Assembly: GCA_040954595.2 (NCBI GenBank)
Contig: CM082583.2
Location: forward strand, 12,686,987-12,750,986
Direction: 5' to 3'
DNA from: Balanoglossus misakiensis
Taxonomy: Eukaryota > Animalia > Hemichordata
DNA: 64,000 bases
Within the stretch, counting starts at the first letter, position 1. The number at the start of each line of letters is the position of its first letter. A program made the position numbers and the translations under genes. The notes under the pieces were generated by a model. It did not search any database, had not been told where the DNA came from, and saw only the letters and a list, made by a program, of their open reading frames with translations. Shown here in pieces: positions 26,401 to 41,400 of this stretch.

Positions 26401-29400
26401 ACTGGGTTATATCTGCCTTTCAGTTTAATAATAAAAGGCTCAGAATGCAATATAATGGCACATATACCCTGAATGTTGCGGTAAAATGAGATAATAAAAA
26501 ATCTAACTCGCGTCAGCTACTGTTATTGAACATAATGTCTTGAACACTGCTATAGCTATGTCTGTGGATTATCAGAGTCTGTATGTTGTTTGTGCATGAT
26601 GACAGGCGAATTCAGTCAGCTGGTTTTTACAGCTTTCACACACTGACACATCGCATCTGAATCTGACATGGAAAATGAAAAATGACAACATCTGTGTCAA
26701 ACTGTACAAATTGTTTTAGGACAATCACCCCTAGGCTTTTATTCACAGGACAATATACCCTTAAAGGTATATGGTAATGGTCACCCCTAATTTACATATG
26801 CCTATATATGATCAAAAGGGCTATCATTTTTCTGAAAATCTGTGCCAGAGGCGGGACTACTACCTTAATGACACTGGATTGATGCCAACTTATCGTATCA
26901 GTAAATATAAAGTGTCGCTGCACCACATGTGTACCATTTAACTACAAATAGTACATAACCTTGCTGCACTATATAATGCCATCAGTTGAGAACCAATAAA
27001 GTTGTTTATATCAGAATTCGTCCTTTACAATTGCTCTTCTTTTGAGTTGCTTCAGTGAGACAGTGACCAGAATTTCAATTGCCAGAGCGTTAATTCTCTT
27101 CACGACGACGAGATGTTGCGTACAGACTCAGCTTCTGGTAGCGGCCTTGATAAAATTACACCTTTCCGAGGACACAAGTTAAACGCATAAAACGGTAGGC
27201 ATAGGCCCCTTTATTGACATTCAAACTTAAGTAGAATGGGTTAAAGATACTTATTTTGTGTAAGCACACAGACTTCATTTCATTAAGATCTCAGAGACAA
27301 TCCAATTACCCAGATTGTGAGTCTCACAGATAAGGCTCTATTGCATGAGTGAAGAGTGTCTGGTAATGTGGCCTTGAGGAAACCATAGGCTGCTACAGTA
27401 CTAGTGGAGATTTGCACTGTGTGGCAATCCTTCTCATGATGCAAACAGTTTAATTGAAGAGACTGCAATATATTAAGTTTGAGAAACTACACAAACACAG
27501 GATTTTTGTTACTTGTGGATGGTTTTAAAAGTGCATGGTGGGATAGCACCCATCAAAGTTTGAAACTTCTTGGTTGAACAGTCATCTCTCAGTCACGCAC
27601 CGAATGCAAGAGACAAACAAGACAAGAGTGCATCCTGACTTCCCCATCATACTTAGAATGAACAGCAACGCAATCATCCTTTAAGTGAATTTTCAGGTCC
27701 CCGGTACTTTGGATTAAAATACAAAATACAAATCAAACTTTATAATGACATTAGAATGTCTATGTTTAAATGGGGAAAAATAGCTGATAAAGAGCTGTGC
27801 GCTATTTCAGTACAGAAAGCTAAAAATAGTAAATCTAGTGTAAATTGGTACTTCTGAAGACTGTATTCATTGGTGATATTACTGCACACATTATGAATCA
27901 GCCTGGTACCAAATCTCTCTGAACTTCATTATCGATGTCCCCAGACACCGCAAATTCAATCATGAAATGGGTAACCATTCCTCCAGCTTTGATTAATGTT
28001 TGATCACCATTTTGTTAGTCATATTGTACAGTCAAATAATCTCTACAACAGAGAAATGGAATGATGTTTAAGTGACTAAGTAACTTCTCATGTTTTTACG
28101 AGAGCAGTCCACAGATCAAGTCTCTTGATGACAAATGTGAAAATGCTTCAATAATGTTTACAATCTTTAATTTAAACTAAAAGGGAAGTGATTATTAATT
28201 TGGTTTCATTTGACCAGGTGATAGTGTAAAGCATAACTTTCATTTTATTAGTCATCACTAATGACATAGTCCCCGGTGAGAATTTAGGCAATTCGATTAC
28301 ACAATGTCAGAGACACTGACTTCAATAACATAGTCTGTTTGACAGTGATCGTTTTTTGTGATAAACCAATGGCTGGAGGGTGATTGATTGATTGATTGAT
28401 TAATTGACATATAATTATACAAATCCATCAGTAAAGGGAATCATGTCAAGATTTTATCAATACAGACACAGACATTAAAGTAAAAGATAAAACAGATAAG
28501 CTACCACAAAAAATAAATGGCTATTATCAGAAAATGATAAATTGATGTTCCGATAAAAATGACAGAAATCCAATATTGACCTTTTCCAATGGATATACAA
28601 TGCACGTAACAAAGCTTGATATTTAGATAACAATATTGATTCTCAATCATAGATAATAGACAGTACACTGAAATTACTGTCTGGATCAGGATGAACTATA
28701 AAATAATTCCCGGCAGTGCATTGACTCTAAAAGCATGATGACATCCTCTTTGTATAAGGCTTTGCAATATTCTTCAATACCTTTCAGTCAAAGACACAAT
28801 GTGCTGTGAAATATTTTTATGTTTCATTCAGGATATCTGAAGGATTTTTTGACCATACAGTACTGCAATTCAGTCTCGCTGTTCACATACAATCACAGAC
28901 TGCTGGACAACACAGCACATCCTCATCTGAGATGCGAAAACGGTAAATTGAATTAATATGAATATGATAAATCGAATTATCAATTAATATGGTTCGTAGC
29001 TACCAGTAGGTGCATGATGTAAAGTTGCTAAACTGTTTGACAAAGATAGACGTGATGTTGTTTCAGTCTCTGCAGGGTCAAGCTAGATGTCTTTCTGTAC
29101 GCAATCATCAACAACATCTTGACATCTTGTGCCCTGTGGCCACCCTTAACAGATACCATCAGAACTTATTCCCCCACATCAGCCTACGGGATCACTTGCC
29201 TATTAAATCTTCAAACAAACCCCCCAAAAAGAAGAAATGCTCGCAGGGAAGTGTAATGGACAGCAAAACCAATCACATCTATCTTAGTGGCAGGAAGGAT
29301 AGCACACCACTTTGATAAATGGTCGCGATAAGTTTTCTGGAACAGACTTTAAGATTTGTGTTATGACACTTCCTGCCCCAATTGCAACTTTTAAGTGAGT

Positions 29401-32400
29401 TGTAAGCGAATACATCAGTCTGGGAAATTCTTTATCTGTAGACCTTTGAAGGCAAAGTGCTCTTAACTGGTTTCAGACAACGCAATGCCCTTTTTGTTTC
29501 CCCTTTCACTGTTACACCTAACCTGTTCTTAATATTGATTTATCCAGTTCACTACCATCTGTTATATTTAAAAGAATTTACACACACAAACCCATCCGAA
29601 AATTACCTGTACTGTACTTACAGTAAACTCTGAATTCTGCTGTTATATTATACACCTGTCCGTCTACTTGTACTGCAATGACGCAGGCGTAGAGTCCGGC
29701 GTTGGATTCTTGAGCATCCAGAATCCAGAGAGTGTTGTTGCTAGGATACAATGTGATGTCATCTTCCCCATCTTGATTGGTGTCATAGCTACCCTCACTG
29801 GTGTATGTTTGGTCGTCCTGATGCCAGGCCACCACACTGGCGTTGTCGATCCCAGCCACTGTACAGTAAAGCTGTCTACTCTCACCAGATTTCACTTCAA
29901 TCTTGCCAGGGGTGTCAATTTCTGAAGAAAGAAAAAACACATAAATTTCTACGAAACATAAATTTCCATGAAAGATAGCAAAAATTGGAATGTTTGTGTT
30001 CGCAGAACACAAGAATATCAGTTTGTTCCTCCATCTGCCATTGCTCCATCTGAGATGTCCTTCAATTTCCATTGACGACATCTGATAACTGTTAGGGTCA
30101 TAATGTTTTGTTTTTTTGTTTTATCTCCCGGAAAAGCACTTCAATGATGCACCAAAAAAGATGGAGAATATGGCATTTAGCAAAGGGTGTTCGTTTCATC
30201 TCAGGGAGATTACAACAACAGACTTTGAGCTGATTGAAGATGGTGGCTGGCATTTATCATCGTAACTGCGGAGATCTACGTGGGTTTGCCGAGTGGCGGG
30301 CACAGCTCGGCTTAGATGGGGAATAAACAGTGTAGCCGTGATATCAAATCAGCCACAAACCTGTAAACGAGGGACAATTCTACAAAGTCTGTCGGTAAAA
30401 ATCACTAGACTGGCAAATTTTGTACCGAGAAAACATTAAAATAGATTGCGGGGAAACTAGAGCTGTTAGTAGTTTTTGATTTTCAATTAGTGTTTAAACG
30501 ATCTACAAGAAGCCAACAGAAAACCTTGTTCCTAGAATACGTGTTTGAAAATAGCAGTTGCAAAGTTCAAGTAGTAATATAAGTAGGAAGGAAATAGAAC
30601 GTGACAGAAAATCTGTTTTTAACCTTTTCAGATAGAGCGGAAATGGTAATTTGGGGCAATTTGAGAGCGTTCAGAAGAAGAGCACAGATAATTTCACTTT
30701 ATTATATGGCGAAAATAACAGTTATTTGCGTACAAGTTGATGTGACTGAGTAACATATTCCTAGGAGTTCATCGAACTATCCTTGGAAATGGAACATGTA
30801 TGCTCAACCAAAGGAACAAAACAACCTTAAACTTTTAGTTTTTTTTTTTCAGTATACCGGTATATCAAGAACATGGCATTTATTTTACTGCTCCAGATGT
30901 TGAATGAATTTCAGGCTATTCAACTCTGAGTACAAATACGTGACTCTGACTTCGCAAATACTACTGACCCTGAAAGGTTGTGATCTTGTGAATAAAAAAG
31001 TGTCCCAAGATACTTAGAACAGTTTAATGTACTTTCAGGGTGTAAAAATCAATGACCTTTGCAGACATTGAAATACGTGTATCGAGGGACACCAGTATTT
31101 GCTGTTTTTTCTTGTAGGCTACTAGTATTTAAGCTGGATGTCCAATCCTACAAGTAATCATCTATTGATTAATGGTAAGAAATTAAATTCTCTTGTTGCC
31201 TTTGGACAGTTTCTTTCTTCCAATTTACCTTGATTGTTTCACCTTGATAACGGTAATTTTATCAAAAATACAGCCAGTGGCAAGTGATTATTACGTGAAG
31301 CTCCTTTAAAAAAATGATATATCGTGTTACCATTAAATGGTGCATAATCAATATTCTAAATTTACTCCAGATCAAATGAAGTCCGCCTGGATTCAATGGG
31401 GGTTTTAAGTGATTATAAGGGATGTCATTAAATCTTTTAAAGTGATTGGAACGGTTCTAGTTGATTGATGACATGATTTTGGTGCTTTTTTGCTGCAGGC
31501 AACCTGGAGTCTTGTTCTTTTGCTGCTGTTGCTTATTCCCGGGACATGTGTCTGTGTTTAACCAGCCTTTCACTCTCAGGACATTTCTGTCAATCTTGAA
31601 AACTGAGCTCAACATAAAATGGTTTGATTCAGTATGCGTAATGGTGGTATTTCACCAGATAAGGGTTGCCATGGTACCTGTTACGTTACTTTCCACATGA
31701 TTACACCGCATAATGAAGTATTAATAATGAATCACACACAAACTGTTTTACATGCCCAGCTACATCAAACTATTAAATCCATATCCCCAAAGATCACTGA
31801 TGAGACACTCCTGGCATTTTAGTCAAGAGCCAAGTTTAGAATGCTGGTACATTTCAAGCTATACTAGAACTAAGGCTGTAGATACACTGCAGGGGTCACT
31901 CACTATTTCTGGCGTTTCCAGGAATTTACAGCAGTTTTCAAGAGACTTTGGGTGTGATATACGTCATTGTTCAAGTAGTGACACTGACAGGGCAGTCATT
32001 GTGTGCATTGTACTTGTGAGCTATGGTGTGATTGAAGAGAGCAGGGATGCATATCAGAGACAGGCAATAGAGCTCTCTCCATTGCAATAGCAAAGTTTCC
32101 AATACTTTCCAATACAGCTCCGTTGTCAATAGAAATATCAGTCAGATGGAGCAATGCTGTGTTAACTAAACAAATCACTGCAGTAATTGGTTTGTGCAAC
32201 AAATCAAGGTGGCTGTAATTGTCATCGCTTGATGGTATTTCTTTCAATTTAATACCCATGTTTACTTTCATTGGAATACCTGCAGGACCCATAAAGCAGA
32301 GGATATGACTTCTGTGCACATAAAAGTGATATCCTAGGGAGCCATAAAGAGTTTCCTCATCAGACCCATCAAATAGGATCTTGGAACCATTGGTTGGTTG

Positions 32401-35400
32401 TATCTCTCTCCTATGCTCTGTTGACAGATCTGAGGATTACTGATTAAAATCAATCAGCAAAAAAATGAACAAATCGTGCTTCTTTATAGACCCATGATGA
32501 GCTCAAGCACATGTACTGTCCGAGATTTTACTCAAATTAAAATTTCAAGAAAGATCCCATTTTTATTTTTGTCTACCTAACCTGTGGTACCACCTTACAC
32601 AAGACTTGAATGTCAACAGATATTGAACAGCCTTGAAGCTTACAGCAGATACAAATGAATTCTGACATTCAAGAAAGGCTGACGCTTTATACAAACCACA
32701 CAAACAATAAATCTGTCCACAATTAACTGGAGCATAAAAATGAGGACTCTGAATTATTCAACCGCAGTTGCTGAAACGGCAATTATTTACCAAGGCCAGT
32801 CTGCCTGTCAGACTTGTGGCTTTAAGGAAGAACTCGGTTACTTAATTGTCTCATAAAAATGATGTTTGTGTCATGCATCAATGACAGCAGTGTGTAAACA
32901 CTGTGTGAGCAATGTGTCAGGATAATTTGATGAATCAGAGTTACTGTACACTATTTTGGCTCATTCTTGTCCACAGGCGCTCACAGTCACACTGAAACCT
33001 TGAGCTTTCAGCCACTGCAGGGAACATTGTACACAGTATAGCCAGGAATCAAGGCTTCAAAGTACACTAGGCATTATGGAGAGAGTCTATTACGCTCAAT
33101 GCCCTATAGTGTACCACTGAGTGATCAATGGCATTAACCTCATCATATTAGATGGCTATGATGAAAGCTTGCTGTGAGATTGCATTCTAGCTAGAGGCAT
33201 GTGCTCAGATGTAATAAACATAAGAGTGTTGAGAAGTACACCTTCGGCGTGAAGGTCTTGTAGGAGAATAGGGGAATATCAGCACACACCTGAGGTGTGA
33301 CAGGCGCACAATTTTGTAAGTGGAAAATGATGTATTTTCAACCAAACTGGGAAAAAAGCTTGAGATTTGACCTCCACCTTTTGAATTCGAAACTCCTCCA
33401 GGGGCTGAACTGTCCTTGCGATCGCCTGAATACTCTGAGCAAAAATCTCTGACAAATGATTGTGGAATGTTGGAATAACCTCTGTACACCAAGTGATCTT
33501 TTAGCAGTTCTTTAATTTGTCAAATTTCCTTTGAGGGATCAGCTGTCCATCCATGCTTGTGTGGATACATGTACCCAGTTAAGCAATCAATTGGTGATAT
33601 GAAAGTATTGAAACAAAGGAACACAAACGAGGCAAGTGCGAATACGATATGACCCATGCCTCAATGTAACCAATATGATGGATCTGCACCAATCAATTCA
33701 ACTGAACGATTCCTGAGAGAAAAGTGACTTGTAATTTTCACAGTAAGTTAAAATCTTTTCCATTAAACAGCAATATTTCATAAAACAGTAACTGACAGAG
33801 GTGGTTTTAACTGCCAACATGTATAAAGCTCAATAGCACTTTCTGTTATATTTGTCAATCTGGTATTCTATCCCAATTTATCAAAACTGATCACTCATAT
33901 TATGCAACATGACACATTTGATAGAATTCATAATGAAACCAACCCTGGTTTGCATAAATTAATCCTAATGAAGACCTTTCGAAACGAACTTTTGTAAACC
34001 CACTGTCGTTTTGAATTAGATGCTTGCTGTGAAGCTAGATTGAATGAGGTCATCTTGGTTGCTCCATCTATAAATGATGTGAGCCAAACAACTTCTTGAT
34101 TTAGAATCACCGTCATCAACCACATTTTGGAACAGAAATTATTGTGAAAGATGGGCATGACTGGGGTATTGGAGGTTAGTTACAGTCAGAGCTGCATCCC
34201 CGTTGAAGATGTATAGCCAGAAGAAAACTGAAAGAGTTGTTTTCACCAACTGAAATATCAAAGGGCAACAGAAGAGCTTTGTCAAATACTCAGTATTCAT
34301 GGCAGAACAGTAGACACATAATGTACCGCGGTATATCACTTTCTGTAGATGGATTAGTAACACACACTCAGATCAAAATGAGTCCACTGGTAAATTATGA
34401 ATTTGCCAGGGTAGGGTACAGCTGCCAAAGATTAGCCTGGTCAAGAATAAACAGGTTGCATGCCTTATGTAGCTGCAATAACCTGTCGTATTAAACTCAT
34501 GGTGCAGATGTATTTAACGGGTTGGATGAAATTGCTGCAACCTATATGATGGGTTATACAGGGTTTATGTGGCAAATTCAATGAGGTGAACAGTTTCTGT
34601 GATTTATAATGGGATGATTTGGATGAGTTTGTTGTTACTTTTGTGTGGGGTTGCATGAAAACACTGCCATTTTGTGTCCATTGTACATTCCATCCGTTTA
34701 TTTCAAACTTGGTGACGACATTGTCACTTTTTTATGAAGATGATATCACAGCCGGAAATCAAACGACCAGAGTTTACAGCTCCAGCAAATGAGCCGCAAT
34801 AAAGTTAGATAACGGCCACCGGAAATTCAAGTATTACTAGAAATGAACACTCTGTTGCCATGGTATCATTTGCAGTTTCCGCATCACTTCCCTCATCAAC
34901 TGTGATACACTGATAGACTCCGTGGGGGAGCTGGCACAGAGGTTGACATTTCTTTTGTTAAAACTCTGCGATGGGTCCGTTGCAAATCTGTATTTAACTC
35001 AAATAAGTGTGACAGTTATGAGAGCAGGACCTCAGGACTTGCCACAGATGCGATACCCCGCTGATCTATACACACTGTCGATGTCGGCAGCTTCACAATA
35101 GCCTCACTGCAGGAGATATGACTTCTCAGCATCAAAGCTACTACAAAACTCAGATAATTTGCTGCACCATGTTGCACTGAATGACTGATTCATGTTGAAC
35201 ACACAGAGAGAAATACAAACTGGATGCGAGTGTCACATCTACCTCTTTAGCTTTAATATTGGTTAATTTAGTCCACACATGAACTCAACTGCAAGTCTCC
35301 ATCCCTTGATAGTTTTTGTCTTTTGAATCAATGTCTCCTTTACTATAATGCTACTAACTTCGCAGCACTTTGACTTTCAACCAATGAAGACAGCAGATCG

Positions 35401-38400
35401 TGTTGCATATCATAAACATAACGTCATTAAGTTTTTAAAATGCCAATTAACCTCTGATCTCTACAGCAAATAGACCACCATGGCCGAAAATTGCATGTTG
35501 AAGATGAAATATTTGAATGATGGAGAGAATCGTGACATCTTCCCTGGGTCGATCTCATGGGGCTAAAATCATTCAAGTGCTTACTACACACTTAAGGTGT
35601 GACGTGGTTGTCCCTGGTAAATTACATCCCGCCCCCTTGACCTTGGCACCATATCCCTACACCCCATTTAAACTGGAAATTAACATGCCACAGGGAAATC
35701 TAAATCCAACCAATATTTACTGCAAATTGTTTTGCTGAAGATAACAGCCCTGGAGATTTGAAACTTGATGCTGGATTGCAGATGATTCACGGTGTTTGAC
35801 GTGCTGTGGTCTCCAGGAAAAGTATGCCCAGCATGCGAAAAGACTTTGCACCGGAATCGGTCAAAAATGTACATGAACAGAGAATAATATGCATGTTGTG
35901 GTCTATTTGTCCAAGTTATCCTTGACCACCCTGTAACTAGTGCTTAACTCTTCATCCCGGATTGATTTATGAAGAGGACTAGGAGAGATCAGTGGAAGTT
36001 TTGATGACCTTTACTGGGTGCTAGTTAATTTATTTTGCAGTCTACTTGGGCCAGCACTGAACCAAATAGAACCTTTGTTTTTTTCCCTATCCAACCCATA
36101 AATCTCCTGGTTTCAAATATTAAGACAACTTTCAGATTTATGTGCCTTATTTTTCTCTTAAATCTGTAAATCACGGCGTTTCATGACTGCAGTACTGTGT
36201 GACTGTACTATAAGACTTTTACTGTAAAAACAGGATTTCTGCCATCAAGAAAATGCAAATTTTGCCTACAAGATTTCGAAGATGAACCATGACATTTCAT
36301 AAATATGACCTTGAGTCAACATGGGGTTGGTTTCGTGACTAAGTGTGAAAAGTCTACTCTGCAGATGATGTTTTTGTGCTCTGAAGACACTGGAGGTGCA
36401 TCAATTATTTACTTGTGATGTGTAAAACATTAAAGCTCTGAGGACTTGACATGAAAATTAACAACTACAGAGCCATAATGGCAGACTGAAAACAGTCGGC
36501 TATCATATAATTCCCATGACGAGAGATCATTTAATGTTTGAGACTGCTCATGTACATTATTCATGAAAACAGCAAAAATTGATTTTAATACTGTTATTAT
36601 ACCGGTAGATGCATTAGCATATAAACACATTGGATCACAAAGATTTGAATTTCTTCTTCAATATGAAAATATATGAATATGTACGGTTAAACCATGTCTT
36701 TAATATGTGCAAAAATCAACTACCAGTAATAGTTTTAATGAATACTCTTACAACACTACATGTACTGGTACTTGCCGGTAATTGAGATAAAAATTCTGTG
36801 TAAAATCTATTTTCTTTACAATTTCTCAGCACATGTCCAACACGTCCAACATTCAATTAAATTCTCCAGGCATTGAAATTTCATATCACTGCAGGGTATC
36901 GAGAAAAAAAAATCAAACCACATATCAGCATCATTAACTAGTTCCAGATTACATGCAGTGATACAATATCATTTCAGATGATGATGGTTCTGATGGAGAA
37001 GTCATATCATCTGGGTGGCATCGCGTTTGACATTTAAACAAGCTCAGACATTATTGTTCAGTGAAAAACGAACAAATTCTATTACTAAAGACCCCTTTCA
37101 TGTTCACCATCATATTCATTGGAAAAAGAATGCCTGGGGTGATATATTGTCTGCGAATGAGCGTAGTGCACAACCATTTACGTCATGAATTTTCAAAGGA
37201 TTTTTCAATCGGTATCAGATTCTCCTTCGCACGATGGTCGTGTCTTTCCACCTCACAGACAGTTTCTAAGAAAAATGTTAAGTGTCCTTTTCAAAACAAT
37301 AAAGAAGACAATAGGAATTCACATGTTTTACTGAAGCCCAAAAGTAACTTTTGTTGTTGATAAAACTCAACAATATTCTGAAAATGCCAAAAGTTGAAGC
37401 TAATCTCCCTCCAAGAATTGCATCATAGTCAGTGCTGTGCAAATTCATTTTTCAAAAAGAAATTTTGTGTGTGAATGGGACTTTGATTGGCAATACACAG
37501 AAATAAACAAACACTAAAAAAAGTTCCATACTGTGATAATCCAAGTCTGCATGTGACCTCTGCTGGGTTTAACTCTGTCAGTATCACCAAAACTTTTCTG
37601 ACAAAACACGATTTTGCCAACTGCACAATACAACTAATGAGCATCATCAGAAAATTTGATAGACATGTTAAAGTTTAAAATCTTTGACTTTTAAAACATC
37701 TTATGGCCAAGCAGTCCGTTGAATTTCCCCAGAAAAATCAATACATAATATTGGTGGCGTAAATTGTATTCAGCACCCCATACTGTTTCAAACGGCTGCT
37801 AACTTCTTCTATACATATTCCACGATGGCGTTTGTTAAAATTAATATAAAGAAAATTTCTCTATTCATAATGTCTGCATCTTTCTTGCATTGTCATGGCA
37901 ACCAATGTCCCTTGCGGGTTGCTGGATTCCTACATTTTGCCATGGGTGATCATGTGACACATCATTTGCAACGGGGAACTTTGAAATATTTAGCATCATC
38001 ATTATGTTAGGCAGTATGAATAATGAGCCTCTTTGCATCAGGAAAAACCTTGGCATGGATGACGATTTCTGTCAACCTGCTCAAGTCCAGCAAACACGAA
38101 AGGACAAATAATTTTACCCTTAAATGAAATGTATACTTTCTGACATCAATATTGCCACTGTTACCATGGTTGAACTTTATAGATTGAAAGGTTTTACACA
38201 TTTCTGTTAAATGGATCAGGAAACAGTCCTGATACTATGGTAACCATGAAGGAAATACACTTAATCCTTATTATGATTTCATGATTTCACAGACAGATCT
38301 AAGTCAAGAGAGACTATTTGCTGTTACAGAACATGTATAGTACCCATGTTTGACTGCACTGTGGAGCCAAAGCAGATCTGGTGTAATCCATTAGTATCAA

Positions 38401-41400
38401 TTATTCATGAACAAAGCAATCATATTTTCTCTACTCATACTCAATATCAACCCTTCTCTCAGTTCACACAAATGTAGGTCTAACATAATGAGTTACAGCC
38501 AATAACGATAAACTATCCAAGACAAAAAAAAATAAATCAGAGAAAATCTATGCCTTCCTGACTGACTCTTCGTTTATTGAAACAGCTGAACAAAAGTCCA
38601 ATCCCTGAAAATTGACAATCTCACGATTGGATCGACTGAAGCATTAAAATCTCAGCTTTTTATTGAAATTTGTCGTCAGTTATCGCATAAATCCATATAC
38701 TGCCTTCAACATACCAATGACTGTTCCAACCTGGTTTACATCGCTCTATATCTCCAATAACGTCATCGCAAATTCCGAGAAATGCAATATCTGAAACTAC
38801 GCATTCTCTCCCTTCTCCCCCCAGTGATTATTAAAACCCGCAAGATGAAATCCATCTGAAATATTTTTTGGTCTGAATTCATTTTCACCGTGATGTGATA
38901 ATTTTATGGTGCTAGATTTGATGCTGTAAGCAGGATTGTATCATTAAACTCGGCCGGCTGTATCAAATTGAATGGCTGAATGGAAATGAGCGTAGATATC
39001 ACGCTTGAGTTTCCATTTTGAACCAGTCTCGTTTTACACATAAGATAACACACAAAGGTTCTAAGACACGTTTTGAATAAGCTGTGAATTTTTACTAGCA
39101 AAGTGGAATTCTTCAATGTAATAAATAATTTCCTGACCCCTCCACCCCCATGTCTCTGAATGTGGAACAAACCACAATTAAGAAGATGAAGGGATTGGAC
39201 CATTAAGTGCAGCTTTGAGGGGCTTTAACAGCTGAAACGACAATAGCTTCATGTTGTTCTTCATCTTAAGCTCTCCCCTCAGAAAGAAAGAACAGAACAA
39301 TTAAGCCATCTCAAAACTAAAGTCAGTTCTTTTCTGAATTTAGTCAGGGAACTACGAGGTCAGACACTGCAGAAATAGGAGCTAGATGAGAGCGTGTGAT
39401 AGTATATAGCGTATGAAAGATTTCACTGGTTGGGGAGAGCTGCAGAGTTTTGTCTTTCTAGACTATACCACCCACACAATTAAAATTTACATTAAAAAGC
39501 AAAATGATGAAGAAAATTTCTACGTCTCCTATCACTTGACATTTAATTTGGTTTGTGAAAGTGAGAATGCGTCTATCTGTGCGTCACACTGGGCCATCAT
39601 CTTTGATATCTTCACACTTACTTCAGTGACGGATGCAAAAAAAATTGCATTAATATCAATCTCGGTGAAGCACGCCGACAATGTGATACGCTGTGGCAAG
39701 CTGAATCAGCATTGGTGTAATATTTCTGGAAAACAGAGATGATAACGAGGTGCGTTCAGAATTCCCGTGCCAGCGATCTCGACGCACTGACATCATCAAG
39801 CGGTGTTTGTTTCCATTTATCATAAATTGTTGTGTTGGTGGGCCTTGAGCAGAAATCTGATCTGGCTTTCAGTGTTGATGGAGGCCTGATCATTTACATG
39901 TTTTACCGAAGTACGGATGGGACCGCAAAACCACTTTGCAGGAAGACGACAGACGTCCCTGTCGTATCTTGTGGCAGAGAGTGAAGTCTGCACGCGCCAG
40001 TGCTTAGCTCACAGGGGCATATATGATGTCATTTATTTAACTATTCAGTTTCGACAGAGAGTCAGGATGCGTCACACAGATGACAATAAGTGCCAATAAA
40101 AAACGTCCCTTCTCAAAGTATGGTACACGCACGCAAACATATACACTATACACAAATACCAGATCCTGAAAAATATAAAAAAATAATTATAATAAAAAGA
40201 AAGAAATGATCTCAATAGAGTATAGACTGAGTACTTGATGATTTTTACATATTGCGATATTTTGCTTCCAAATTAAACCAAAGAGCGATGAAAATAGGTA
40301 CGATCAATCTCAGAAAGACAGTTGACTACCGCGGGGACTGACGTTCACCAGGTGCACAGCTGCATGGTTCCAATTACAAGCGATAACAACCACGGCAAAG
40401 ATTTTCCATCAGGATAAGGATACGTCATGGAAAATTCACAGAATAATTGTGTCGATCAGATAACGTGTGGGGGTAACACAAACGAGGGCATAGTGTGTAG
40501 AATGCAAATAAGAGCTCAGTATAATTCAGAAGTGAGAGTTTGAACGTGAGACAGTTTTTATCGTTTGGATGTTGACATTTATCTTAAAGTCAAATCTGTT
40601 CCAAAAAAGTTCAATAAATTCGTCATCACGTTTCCAGGCTGATATCTGGGTATACCTGCAACACCACATAAGATGAACTCATTTAGGGATTTTTTTTTTT
40701 TTGCTCTTGGCATTTTTTCTCTCTGATTCAAAGCGAGATGATGATACAAAAGATGATTTCTCAGATATCCCTGAAGTAAAACGACATAACCTGCTGTTTC
40801 TGTCGATCTTCACAGTGTGAAAAGAAAAATCACTCATCTTGTCACACACACCACATACAGCATGGGGCTTGCAATAGATTTCAAATTCACATGCGTCACA
40901 GTCAAAACGGCAAAGAGTTCCGATGCTCCCCTACAGATCCCAAGAGCGATTGATCAATCCGATTAATAATTTCCAGACATGCTTTGCAGAAACTGGAGCA
41001 AGGAGCTCGGTCTGGAGTTCACTAGCGGACAAGTACACAGCGCGGTAAATGCTCCTTCGTTTTTCCTGCAATACGATTTACAACTGGCTAATTGGAGGGT
41101 TGATAGTGTGACTTATTGCATTCTGTGTTTGTGAACATTAATCACTTTAAAGGAGCTCTCAGATAAGATAGGGTTGCAATATGGCAGGCATGAATGTTAT
41201 TTTCTTTGGAGACTTAACTCACTCCCATCAGACAACTTACATTCTGCTTGATTTCAAAATCTGATGAAATCAATGACTTTTTTTTGGGGGGGGGGGGGGG
41301 GTTGTCACACTAGGTCAGACTCAAATCATTGTAAACATTTCTAAAGAAAGGTCTTTCACTAAACCAATATGTCAGATCAAAACTTTCTTGAGTCAACTCC

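Noticed and set aside
32281-32428. Additional phase 1-1 exon of the receptor gene
   Set aside because: Weak polypyrimidine tract, weak donor (GTATT) and no recognisable domain.
33205-33540. Penelope-like retroelement remnant (QIKELLKDHLVYRGYS resembles the L..NGYP thumb motif)
   Set aside because: Only one short motif; no RT core or GIY-YIG motif is visible nearby.
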